Below, piece after piece: positions 11,183 to 19,676 of a DNA stretch of 32,000 bases; positions within the stretch are counted from its first letter, which is position 1, and every line of letters begins with the position of its first letter. Both the position numbers and the translations under genes were made by a program. This stretch comes from Mycoplasmoides genitalium G37 (lineage in GTDB: Bacteria > Bacillota_I > Bacilli_A > Mycoplasmatales > Mycoplasmoidaceae), in NCBI RefSeq assembly GCF_000027325.1, contig NC_000908.2, positions 330,001 through 362,000 on the forward strand, read 5' to 3'. The notes under the pieces are model-generated. The model did not search any database. It was not told the DNA's origin and worked only from the letters and a program-made list of their open reading frames with translations.

Positions 11183-11972
11183 GGTCTAATGCTGTTATCA
11201 CTTCCTCTTCCAAATCAGGATAACGATCTAAGATATCATTAACATGATCAGCTAACTGTTCAGTACTAATAAATCTTGAAAACCTGATCAATCCTCTTTT
11301 TTTAGAAGTTAAAAAGGAAAAGACAATGGTTGTAATCAAAATTGCTAACATCCCACCTGATACAGCAACAATGGTTATCATTGTGACATCATAATAATTA
11401 TTGAACTGTTCAGAAGAAGGGATGTTGTTTTTGATCTTTTCATAGCTACTAACAATGCTTTGTGCTTGTGTAGAAAACTCACTAACTGCACTAATTACAC
11501 CATCAGCTGTTGCTTGTTTTTTTACAGATGGAGATGAACTAGCAGTACCATTTTTATCAAGATTATTTTTAAAGTTGTCTAATTGTGTTTTACTGTTTTC
11601 CAAGTCTTTTTTGGTTGCATCAAGTTCCCTAATCTTTTCTTGACTAATATTACCTAGATTGTTCTGACTCTCTAAGTTCTTTTTGTATTCATCCACTTTT
11701 TGTAAAGATTGCTCTAAGTCTTTTTTAACTTGATCTAAATTGTTAGTAATGGAACTTTTGCTAAATTGGTTAGCACTATTTGCTAAAGCATTAGCAAAGG
11801 CTTTAGCAGAATTGAAAGAACTATCAATGGAATTACGAGCTTGAACATAAAGGTTAGCTGCTGTACTACGAAAATACAAAGCAGTAATACCAAACCCTAA
11901 CAGAAATACAAAAACCAACATTCCAAAGAAAAGCAAGATGGTTTTCGAAAACCGATTAATAAAAATAACCAT
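11175..11972 (-). CDS. Membrane protein, paralog of the downstream gene, 265 aa (MG280 by recollection)
   Basis: Track ORF with ATG start and TAG stop. It overlaps the start of the next gene by 8 nt. TM1 [23 protein letters not shown], coiled-coil middle, TM2 [23 protein letters not shown], tail [13 protein letters not shown]. Confidence 0.85.
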
Positions 11973-12032
11973 TTAAATACTTGTACTTTTAACCAAACTA
12001 ATGGTTATAAAAGTGTTTTGAAAACAAAACTA

Positions 12033-13703
12033 CTAGAGTTTAAGTTTAACACCCAATGCGTTGGTTTTAAGTTCTTTTGCTAGTGATTTAACTTCATTTG
12101 TATCACTGGAAACACCAGTAATATCAACTGTTTCAAACTTTTCTTCACCAATTACAGTAACCAACCCTTCAACTGCTTTAGTCATTCTTTCAAGACTACT
12201 ATCTGTATCATTTTCTAGTTTTTGGAACTGTACACTGTATTTACCACTAGCAGTAATTCTTTTGATGTTTTCATCAAATGTTACTCCGTTTTGTTCAGCA
12301 CGTTTTAAGATTTCATTTTGAAACTCGCTGTCTCTGCTTGCGCGTTCATTTTCATAGATGCTAGCACCAGGGTAATAGTTTTCATTAACCCTGTAATAGG
12401 TGTTATCTCCTTCTCTGTAAGCTTCTTCTAAGTGGAGGTTAAGTTCTTTTAAAGAACGGTACACCAAATCATCATCACTATCCTTGTTGGTATTAACATT
12501 CTTAACTAAGTACTTGTCAATGTATCCCCCAGCAAAATAACCTTGGAACTGTCTTTCAAACCTTCTGTAGTTGTAAATATCACCAACTGCTTGTTTGAGC
12601 TTATTAGCATCAATGGCTGAATTATCACTGTTTTGGAGTGTAACTTGGGTTAAATCAATGTGGGTAAATGGTTTTGAGGCAAACAGATCATAGATAACAT
12701 TAGTTTTACTTCCCAATACTAATGGGTTAAAACCAAAACTATTTGCTTTACTGGTGGAATAAAATTCCAACTCAACTACGTTTGCAAAGATTTGTTTAGC
12801 TACATTAACACCAGTGTAATCACCATAAAGTGAAACTTTTTTAACTGATTCTGGTAATTGCAATTCATTAAGTTGTGAACCATTACCACTTAAACCTCTA
12901 ATAATTAGGTAAGTAGGTTTTTCTGAATCTATTGTTGTTTTTAAAGCACTGATATCTTTAGCATCAATTGCGAGTGTTTTAACATCTTCAAAGAAGTGGT
13001 TTGGGTATGAGTCATAAAGTGGTGAACCTTTAGCAGCAAAATAAGTTCACTTATCATAAGTAAGGTTATTACTAGTTGAAACAGTTGTTGCTTTTGTGTT
13101 ACTCCATCCGCTGAAACTAGGAACTTGTCTAAACACATCATCATAACCACGGTTGTTTGCCATGAGAGTACCGTTAGTTGTTTGCAAGATTGGCATCAAC
13201 ACGCGGTTATTGAAATATTCAGTTGATTGGTAATAGCTAAGCAGTGAACCATCACTAGCAACATGATCATAATAACCAGCTTTAAAACTAGGAGTAATAA
13301 AGTTATCACCTGTTTTAATTAAGCCACTAATTTCAGTTTTAGGAACAGGACGGTCTAAACCCTTTGGACTGTTAGTGATCGCTTCTGATAACTCATTAGC
13401 AAAGTTTCTAAATTTCTCACGGAAGTTAGCACCACCAGATAAATCAATCTCACTCTGATAGCTACCATCGTTTAAAGAAAGTGATTTCAACTTTACTTCT
13501 GCACTAGGAGATTGTGTTGAGAACAACTTAAAACCGAGGTTACCACTCCTACCTGATGCAACCAAAGCATAACCACTTTGATTAACTAGGTTAGTGATCA
13601 TAACTGCTGAGAATGTGGTTAACGCTCCAGCACCTAAAACACCAATAGTCCAAAATAATTTACGCTTAAATTTCACACTATTTTTATGTTTTTTAAATTG
13701 CAT
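12033..13703 (-). CDS. Surface-anchored protein of 556 aa; by position and length the MG281 'Protein M' immunoglobulin-binding protein
   Basis: Track ORFs 12033..12863 and 13047..13703 are in the same frame and joined across TGA. ATG start, TAG stop. N-terminal anchor KLFWTIGVLGAGALTTFSAVMITNLV followed by a large ectodomain. The Protein M identity rests on synteny and my recollection of Grover et al. 2014, not on alignment. Confidence 0.8.
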
Positions 13704-13835
13704 TATTTTTTGTATTATTAGAAACTTTTAATTTGTAAACAGTAGTCTACTTATCAATTTTAAATTAAATCCACTAGTAAACTTCAATAACCCTTTCTCT
13801 GAAAGAGCTTGGTAATTTATTAAACAAATAAAAAA

Positions 13836-13860
13836 CACCCTTAAATTGCTTTAAGGATGT
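13836..13860 (-). terminator. Intrinsic terminator after the greA-tRNA transcription unit
   Basis: On the minus strand CCTTAAA-gcaa-TTTAAGG (plus-strand 13839-13856) is followed by gtgTTTTTTaTTTg. It lies 24 nt downstream of the tRNA-Gly 3' end. Confidence 0.65.
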
Positions 13861-13883
13861 AATGAGTTTAAATCTTTAATTTT

Positions 13884-13957
13884 TGGAGCGAGTAATCGGA
13901 ATCGAACCGACACGATCAGCTTGGAAGGCTGATGTTCTACCATTAAACTATACTCGC
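13884..13957 (-). tRNA. tRNA-Gly (anticodon UCC), CCA encoded
   Basis: Reverse complement GCGAGTATAGTTTAATGGTAGAACATCAGCCTTCCAAGCTGATCGTGTCGGTTCGATTCCGATTACTCGCTCCA. It folds as a cloverleaf, with anticodon loop CTTCCAA and T-loop GTTCGATTC. Confidence 0.93.
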
Positions 13958-13964
13958 ACAAATT

Positions 13965-14050
13965 TGGTGCCCAAAGCCGGACTTGAACCGGCACACCATT
14001 ACTGGCGTGGGATCTTAAATCCCATGCGTCTACCATTCCGCCACTTGGGC
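13965..14050 (-). tRNA. tRNA-Leu (anticodon UAA), long variable arm, CCA encoded
   Basis: Reverse complement GCCCAAGTGGCGGAATGGTAGACGCATGGGATTTAAGATCCCACGCCAGTAATGGTGTGCCGGTTCAAGTCCGGCTTTGGGCACCA. Anticodon loop TTTAAGA. Confidence 0.92.
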
Positions 14051-14125
14051 TGGTGACCCACCCGAGGATCGAACTCGGGACCCTTTGATTAAAAGTCAAA
14101 TGCTCTACCGCTGAGCTAGTGAGTC
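14051..14125 (-). tRNA. tRNA-Lys (anticodon UUU), CCA encoded
   Basis: Reverse complement GACTCACTAGCTCAGCGGTAGAGCATTTGACTTTTAATCAAAGGGTCCCGAGTTCGATCCTCGGGTGGGTCACCA. Anticodon loop CTTTTAA. It abuts tRNA-Leu with no spacer. Confidence 0.93.
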
Positions 14126-14171
14126 TTTTTGATAGGGAGTTAACCCTATCTTTAGAAATTTAAGCTTTAAC

Positions 14172-14246
14172 TGGCTGGGATGGATGGGATCGAACCATCG
14201 CATGATAGAGTCAAAGTCTATTGCCTTACCGCTTGGCTACATCCCA
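14172..14246 (-). tRNA. tRNA-Gln (anticodon UUG), CCA encoded
   Basis: Reverse complement TGGGATGTAGCCAAGCGGTAAGGCAATAGACTTTGACTCTATCATGCGATGGTTCGATCCCATCCATCCCAGCCA. Anticodon loop CTTTGAC. Confidence 0.9.
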
Positions 14247-14250
14247 AAAA

Positions 14251-14337
14251 TGGTGGACAGGGAGAGATTCGAACTCCCGAAACCATAAAGGTGTCTGATC
14301 TACAGTCAGAAGCGTTTAGCCACTTCGCTACCTGTCC
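14251..14337 (-). tRNA. tRNA-Tyr (anticodon GUA), long variable arm, CCA encoded
   Basis: Reverse complement GGACAGGTAGCGAAGTGGCTAAACGCTTCTGACTGTAGATCAGACACCTTTATGGTTTCGGGAGTTCGAATCTCTCCCTGTCCACCA. Anticodon loop CTGTAGA. Confidence 0.9.
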
Positions 14338-14364
14338 ATTACTACCAGCAAGATATTTTACAAA

Positions 14365-14850
14365 TTATCTGTTGCTGATCTTCAGGATTTTAACACGATA
14401 GGGAACTTCAATACCAACAACATCACATTCATCACCAATTAAACGCCCATAGATTGCAAGGGCAAGGGGTGATTCATTGGAAATTTTGTGTTCTTCAGGA
14501 TTTGCTTCAAGTGTACCTACAATTGTGTATTTTTCGTTCGATTTAGAACTGTAATCATAGATCTCAACAGTGCTCCCTAAGCTAACTTTTGTTACTTTGG
14601 TTTTTGCTTGGTGGTCACTAATTAACTTAGCGTTGGCTAATATATCTTGAATTTCAGCAATCCTAGTTTCAATCTCACCTTGCTGTGCTTTAGCTGCATC
14701 ATAATCAGCATTTTCACTTAAATCACCCTGATCACGTGCTTCTTGTAAGAGTCTGATAATCTCAGGACGTTTAACTTGGATTAGGTTTTCAAGTTCTTTT
14801 TCCAGTTGCTTAAATCCTTCTTGAGTTAGGTAATTTTTATTTAGTTCCAT
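14365..14850 (-). CDS. greA: Transcription elongation factor GreA, 161 aa
   Basis: Track ORF. The N-terminal coiled coil with the DLSENADYDAAK motif and the C-terminal globular domain are typical of GreA. The TAA stop is 27 nt upstream of the tRNA-Tyr 5' end. Confidence 0.93.
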   Translation of the reverse strand: MELNKNYLTQEGFKQLEKELENLIQVKRPEIIRLLQEARDQGDLSENADYDAAKAQQGEIETRIAEIQDILANAKLISDHQAKTKVTKVSLGSTVEIYDYSSKSNEKYTIVGTLEANPEEHKISNESPLALAIYGRLIGDECDVVGIEVPYRVKILKISNR

Positions 14851-15030
14851 GACAAAATTAAAAGCAGCAAAAACACTTTTATTATTTAATTATTTCCCCT
14901 TTTTTTGCCAATTTTTGCTAAAAAAATAGAAAATCAGTATTGCAGTAATATAGATATTAAATAGTAAATTTCTATTTAACTTCGAAATAATAAACTCAAG
15001 ATCAACAGAAGATTGTGAGTTTTAATACAG

Positions 15031-15165
15031 ATGAGAGAAAACAATAGTAATGCTCAAAACAAAAAGAAGATCCGCTTTTTAGCTTTGGGCATCATTATTC
15101 TAATCGTACTAATTGCTTTAATTACTATGCTTTTTATCACTGGAGTAATTAGTCGCAACCGTTAA
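15031..15165 (+). CDS. Candidate 44-aa single-pass membrane micro-protein MRENNSNAQNKKKIRFLALGIIILIVLIALITMLFITGVISRNR
   Basis: ATG at 15031, TAA at 15163-15165, read codon by codon. Polar, basic N-terminus, then a 24-residue hydrophobic helix and a basic C-terminus. It ends 16 nt before the proS ATG, in the greA/proS divergent spacer. Below the ORF track's size cutoff. Confidence 0.4.
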   Translation: MRENNSNAQNKKKIRFLALGIIILIVLIALITMLFITGVISRNR

Positions 15166-15181
15166 GATTACTTTTTGCTAG

Positions 15182-16633
15182 ATGACAAAAAAAACACAAG
15201 ATCTCACTAGTTGGTATGACCAACTGCTAGTTAAAGCAAAGTTAATTTGTCATGGTGAAGTTAAAGGTACAGTTTGTTTTTTAAATAACAGTTGAGGCTT
15301 ATGGATGGAAATCCAACAGCTTTACAATGATGCAATTGCAAATAAAAATCAATTGTCTGCAATTGCTCTAACTAAATTCCAACCAACTACTAGTTTTTGT
15401 TATCAAGTATTCCAAGTACAACTCCCTACCCTTTCTTTTTACAGTGAATATCAAAAGGAAAAAACCCATATCAAAGGTTTTAATCCTGAGCTTTTTTTAA
15501 TTAATCAAGTTGGTCAAAAACAACTCAATGATCCTTTGGTTTTACGACCTACTAGTGAGATTGCTTTTTGCAACTTATGGAAAAAACAAGAGTTATCTTA
15601 CCATGATCTACCTTTAATTTATAACCAGTGAACTCAGGTTTTTCGTGCAGAAAAAAACACCAGACCTTTTTTGAGAAACAGTGAGTTTTACTGACAAGAA
15701 ACTCATGGGCTTTTTGTGGATCAGAGCCAATCTGAACAAGCTGCTATTAGCTTTTGAAATTTATATCAGGATTTAATTATTAACAAACTTTGTATCCCTG
15801 CTTTTGTTGGTTTGAAAAGTGAAAGTGAAAAATTTGCAGGTGCTAAAAACACATGGACAATAGAAGCAATTATGCCTGATGGACAAAGTTTACAATGTGC
15901 CACTAGCCATGATTTAGGTGACACTTTTACAAAGAGTTTTACTATCAGCTATCAGAGTAAAACTAACCAAAAAATGACTCCAAGTAGTTTTAGTTGTGGG
16001 ATGTCAACTAGGATCTTAGGAGCAATTTTTTTAACCCACAGCGATGATTATGGTTTGGTTTTACCTTGGTATCTAGCAAGTAAACAAGTCAAGTTATACC
16101 TGTTTGATAAAAACAATAACCCTAAAACAAGAGCTTTAGCTTTTTTAGTGAAGGATTTTTTAGAAAAACTCAAAATTCGCTTTAGTTTTATAGAAATTAA
16201 CAATCAACTAGGTAAACAACTTTTAAAAGGAGAAATAGAAGGTATTCCATTACAGATGATTGTTGATAATGAAAAAACTATTAACATCTTCAACCGCTTA
16301 ACACGTTTAAAAACCAGCTTAACATTTGCAAATCTCCAAACTGAATTTGTTAATTTAGTTAACAACTACCATACAGAGATGTATAGAAAAGCAAATGATT
16401 TAGTTGAACAAAAACTAGCAAGAGTACAAACTTTAAAGGAAATTGAACAAGCATTCAAAAATAAAAAGGCTGTTTTATGTACCGTGAAGTTAACTGGTGA
16501 ACTTGAACAACACTTAAAGACAAAATACCAAGTTAGTGTTAGGTGTGTTTTTAAAAAGTCAGATGTAACACAAAACTGTCCTTTTACAAATCAACCTTGT
16601 TTTGATTCAGTTTTAATTGCACGTGCTTACTAA
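15182..16633 (+). CDS. proS: Prolyl-tRNA synthetase (class II, short archaeal/eukaryote-like type), 483 aa
   Basis: ATG at 15182 (MTKKTQDLTSWYDQLLVKAKLI...). Track ORFs 15305..15631 and 15812..16633 are in frame with it across TGA. Class II motif region LRPTSEIAFCNLW...FRAEKNTRPFLRNSEF. TAA stop. Confidence 0.92.
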
Positions 16634-16853
16634 CAAAGTACTGTCAATCACTACCCAATAAAACCCTTGATTATTTGGTTTTATTTAATTTATTTCTAAA
16701 TATTTTTTACCAGTAATTTTTGTTTAAAAACAAACTCGTTTTGTAAAAGAAAAAAGTTAGAGTTGTTGTATTTCAATAACGATTATTTAGCCTCTAAAAT
16801 CGATTAGACGATCTTCTGATCGTTTAAGATTTATTCAAATTCAACATGACTTT

Positions 16854-17252
16854 ATGACTTTTACAAACAAAGAAAAAAATTGCAAACAAAGCAAATCATT
16901 AGCAGCGTTGATGACAAAATTTAAGCGCTCGCAATTAATCTTGAAACACCAAGCTAATAACATAGCACTGGAGTTGTGAAATGAAAATGATATTAACCTA
17001 TCAAAACAGCTTATTGAGTTAATAGAAGATACTTTTTCAATGCTTAAAAAAGAAACTGTTGATTTTATCTATGACATCTATATTTATGGCAAAAAGCCGT
17101 GTGATATTGGTTATTCTAATTCCACCTATTACAAAAAACTAAACAAAGCAGCTAATAGTTTTTTTGACCATTTTGTTTGAGATTCGTCAATATTAGACAA
17201 AAGGATCATAACTAATGGCAGCAATTCTCAACGTACAACGAATTCAAAATAA
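16854..17252 (+). CDS. Small protein of 132 aa with a C-terminal helix-turn-helix resembling sigma-70 region 4 or ArpU-type regulators (MG284 by recollection)
   Basis: ATG at 16854 is the first ATG after an in-frame TAG at 16788. Two in-frame TGA. TAA at 17250-17252. HTH-like stretch VDFIYDIYIYGKKPCDIGYSNSTYYKKLNKAANSFF. Invisible in the ORF track because TGA splits it into short pieces. Confidence 0.65.
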
Positions 17253-18258
17253 CCAAGTCACTGAGTACACAATGAGTCCAGTGCGTAATTTTGCAAACAC
17301 AAAAGATGTATATTTTGATGCGCAATTAACAAATATAGAAAGCAAAATTGATAGTAGTAGGGCTCAAATTCACCTTACTATTGCACTAAAATACAACACT
17401 AATCTCCCTGATAATATCTTTCAAGCCCACTTCAGTTTAGGCAATTGACAAAGTGATAAGATTCAACTTCAAAAAGCTCCTGATAAAAAACACGATAGTT
17501 TAAACAGCATTAAATATTTTTATGCATTTCTAGATGTACCCCGTTCAGCACTAGCAAAAAAAGAAATTAATAGGTTTAGTAATGTGGTTGCTAGAGTATT
17601 GAGAATAAGTTTTCGCTTGCAAGATCAATCTGAAAAAGGGAATTGAAGTGACTATCATTTGTTTGATACTGTAGCTAGTGAATTGTATGCAACAGTAATT
17701 AAAGAAACAATCAACTTTGGCAACATGATTAAGATTAATGCACTTGATGGTAGTAAACAGCTAACTAGTAGCCAAGGAAGTTTTAAATACAGTTGAACAA
17801 TGTATGACTATAGGAATTTAGAACAACTTGATGAGGTGAGAAACTTGATCAATATCAGTTTTGACAAACCAGTTCAAATAGTAAATGTTGATGTCAAAAT
17901 TCACTATGTTCCAACTAAAGGTAGGTTACAAGAGATAAAACAACAAGGTGAGTTTGAAAATAACCTTGATGTTAATGAAAAGCTTAAACTCAATTTAATA
18001 GGCAATTGAAATTTTGACAAACATAACAAGAAGCTAATCAGTGATATTTCAGGTACTGGAATCTTTTTACCCCAGGGTGGTTATGGAAGTTATGAAATAA
18101 TGATTGGCGCTACAGTAGGTAATGATTTCTACACAATTATAGCCAACAACCAGTTTAAGTACGAAACACCTTTAGATGATCTTGAACAAAATGACTTTTT
18201 TGAGGTAAATTATTTACCTGTTTACAGTACATACAACTTTAGTGATTTAACTCAGTAA
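17215..18258 (+). CDS. Conserved hypothetical protein, 347 aa, no signal peptide (MG285 by recollection)
   Basis: Track ORFs 17215..17448 and 17800..18009 are in the same frame. The intervening and following segments are interrupted only by TGA. TAA at 18256-18258. The start overlaps the previous gene by 38 nt in a different frame. Confidence 0.75.
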
Positions 18259-18260
18259 GT

Positions 18261-18851
18261 ATGATTTTTTCAATTAGTAAACGAAAGTTAATTTGCGGAT
18301 TTTTGCTAGTTATTTTAACAATAGGTGGGGTTTTGGGTGGTGTTTATTTAGTTACTAAAAACAACAAGGATAACTACCAAAATGAAAGTAATTTCAACAA
18401 TCAAGAACAAATTAGTAAAATCCCTAATTTCAAAGCTATTGGTCCTGAAACACAACGTATCTTAAGAGAAAGAAACTATCCTTTAGATGATAGTGGTTAT
18501 TATGTTTATAAGTATGGTGAAATTAATAGGTATCTAAGAAATGAAAGTGAACTAGATGAATTAATTAACTATAGAGTGATGGTACCTTCACTTAAATTAC
18601 ATCACAAAAGGGTTAATTTTGATAAGGCATTTCTTGAAAGTAAATTAAGAAAATGGATTATCAAAGCAATTAAGCAACATAACTATTTCCAACACTTTGA
18701 AAATGAACCAAATTTAAGAGTTCAATATAACATGAATATTCCAGCACAAAAAATTGATGTTAATGCTGTTTGATCTTATAAAAAAGATAATGATGCTGCT
18801 ACTGGTAAGCCAATCCGATATTGAGATCAATTTGAGCTTAAACTTAAATAA
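18261..18851 (+). CDS. Hypothetical membrane-anchored protein, 196 aa (MG286 by recollection)
   Basis: Track ORF 18261..18773, extended through TGA to TAA at 18849-18851. N-terminal TM LICGFLLVILTIGGVLGGVYLV. The start lies 2 nt after the previous stop. Confidence 0.8.
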
Positions 18852-18882
18852 TAAATCTTTATAATTTTTACTAGATTTACTA

Positions 18883-19137
18883 ATGCAAACGCATGAAATT
18901 CTTTTAAAAATTAAAGAAATTGCTAAATCAAAAAACTTTAATCTTAATTTAGATGAAAAGACAATAAATCAACCACTTCGTGAGTTGAAAATCGATTCAC
19001 TTGATATGTTTAGTATTGTTGTTAGTCTAGAAAATGAATTTGGGATTAGTTTTGATGATGAAAAGTTAATGAATCTAAAAAATCTTGCTGACTTGGTTTT
19101 AGAAGTTAAAAACCTTTTAGCAAAAAAAGGGGTATAG
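18883..19137 (+). CDS. acpP: Acyl carrier protein, 84 aa
   Basis: Track ORF. Phosphopantetheine attachment motif LKIDSLDMFSIVVSLENEF (DSL). TAG stop. Confidence 0.9.
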   Translation: MQTHEILLKIKEIAKSKNFNLNLDEKTINQPLRELKIDSLDMFSIVVSLENEFGISFDDEKLMNLKNLADLVLEVKNLLAKKGV

Positions 19138-19202
19138 TTCAAAGGTAGAACATCTGTCTTCAAAATAGAGTGTTGTGGGTTCGAGTCCTGCTACCCCTGC
19201 CA
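19128..19202 (+). tRNA. tRNA-Trp (anticodon UCA, reads UGA/UGG), CCA encoded
   Basis: AGGGGTA TA GTTC AAAGGTA GAAC A TCTGT CTTCAAA ATAGA GTGTT GTGGG TTCGAGT CCTGC TACCCCT G CCA folds as a 75-nt cloverleaf. Its first 10 nt overlap the last codons and the stop of acpP. Confidence 0.9.
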
Positions 19203-19210
19203 TAAAATAT

Positions 19211-19242
19211 AAAAGCTTAGTAAGTTTTTACTAAGCTTTTTT
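19211..19242 (+). terminator. Intrinsic terminator after tRNA-Trp
   Basis: 13-bp perfect stem aaaagcttagtaa (19211-19223) / ttactaagctttt (19228-19240), loop gttt, then further T residues. Confidence 0.8.
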
Positions 19243-19272
19243 CAATCCCCCCATTCCCCCAACCTCTATTTT

Positions 19273-19674
19273 GTGTTACTAGTGCCTAAGGTGGTATTGG
19301 AGTATCACAACCTGAATAACCAAGTAGTCAAAGAGAGTTTGGAAGTGGAAGCAACTGATTCTTTTGATCCCACCCAAAGGTTGCAAAAAGATAGTCCAAT
19401 GAAGGATACAGGAAAGATGGGGGAGAAACTCCAAGAGACCATGTCATCAATGAGTGGTGGTGGGGCTACATCTCCTCGCAAAGCCCTCACCATTGAGGTG
19501 GAAAGGGGGAGTCAAAGTGATTCACTTTTAAAAAACGACTTTGCCAAAAAGCCACTGAAACATAAGAACAGTAGTGGGGAGGTGAAGTTGGATGCGAGTG
19601 GGGAGTTTACTGAGGCCTGAAAACCATTGTTGACTACTGATCAAATAGCAAGAGAGAAGGGGATGGGGGCGACT
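19273..19674 (+). repeat. MgPar block 1: mgpB-like segment, ending ...REKGMGAT at 19674 and followed by TAG at 19675-19677
   Basis: Track ORF 19273..19620, extended through TGA. The frame (p mod 3 = 1) is closed by TAG at 19675-19677. Confidence 0.8.
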
Positions 19675-19676
19675 TA

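Noticed and set aside
12014-12029. gttttg-aaaa-caaaac hairpin after the Protein M gene as a terminator
   Set aside because: It has only 6 bp, mostly A/T, and a weak downstream U-run on the minus strand. It is too weak to call, so whether Protein M and the two downstream paralogs are co-transcribed stays open.
1362-12321. Track ORFs on the strand opposite to, or out of frame with, confirmed genes: 1362..1547+, 3617..3847+, 3968..4150+, 4875..5111+, 5142..5324+, 6583..6957+, 7615..7809+, 7700..7984-, 8462..8692-, 10800..11060+, 11455..11643+, 12061..12321+
   Set aside because: Each lies wholly inside a well-supported gene. Their low-complexity S/T/L/F-rich translations are typical of shadow frames in AT-rich DNA, and none shows a motif.
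12941-13150. Track ORF 12941..13150 (-), 69 aa
   Set aside because: It is out of frame inside the 556-aa gene, which reads through this region once TGA is read as Trp.
13851-14401. Track ORFs 13851..14099 (-) and 14180..14401 (+)
   Set aside because: They are translations across the tRNA-Gly/Leu/Lys and tRNA-Gln/Tyr genes. The tRNA cloverleaves explain this sequence.
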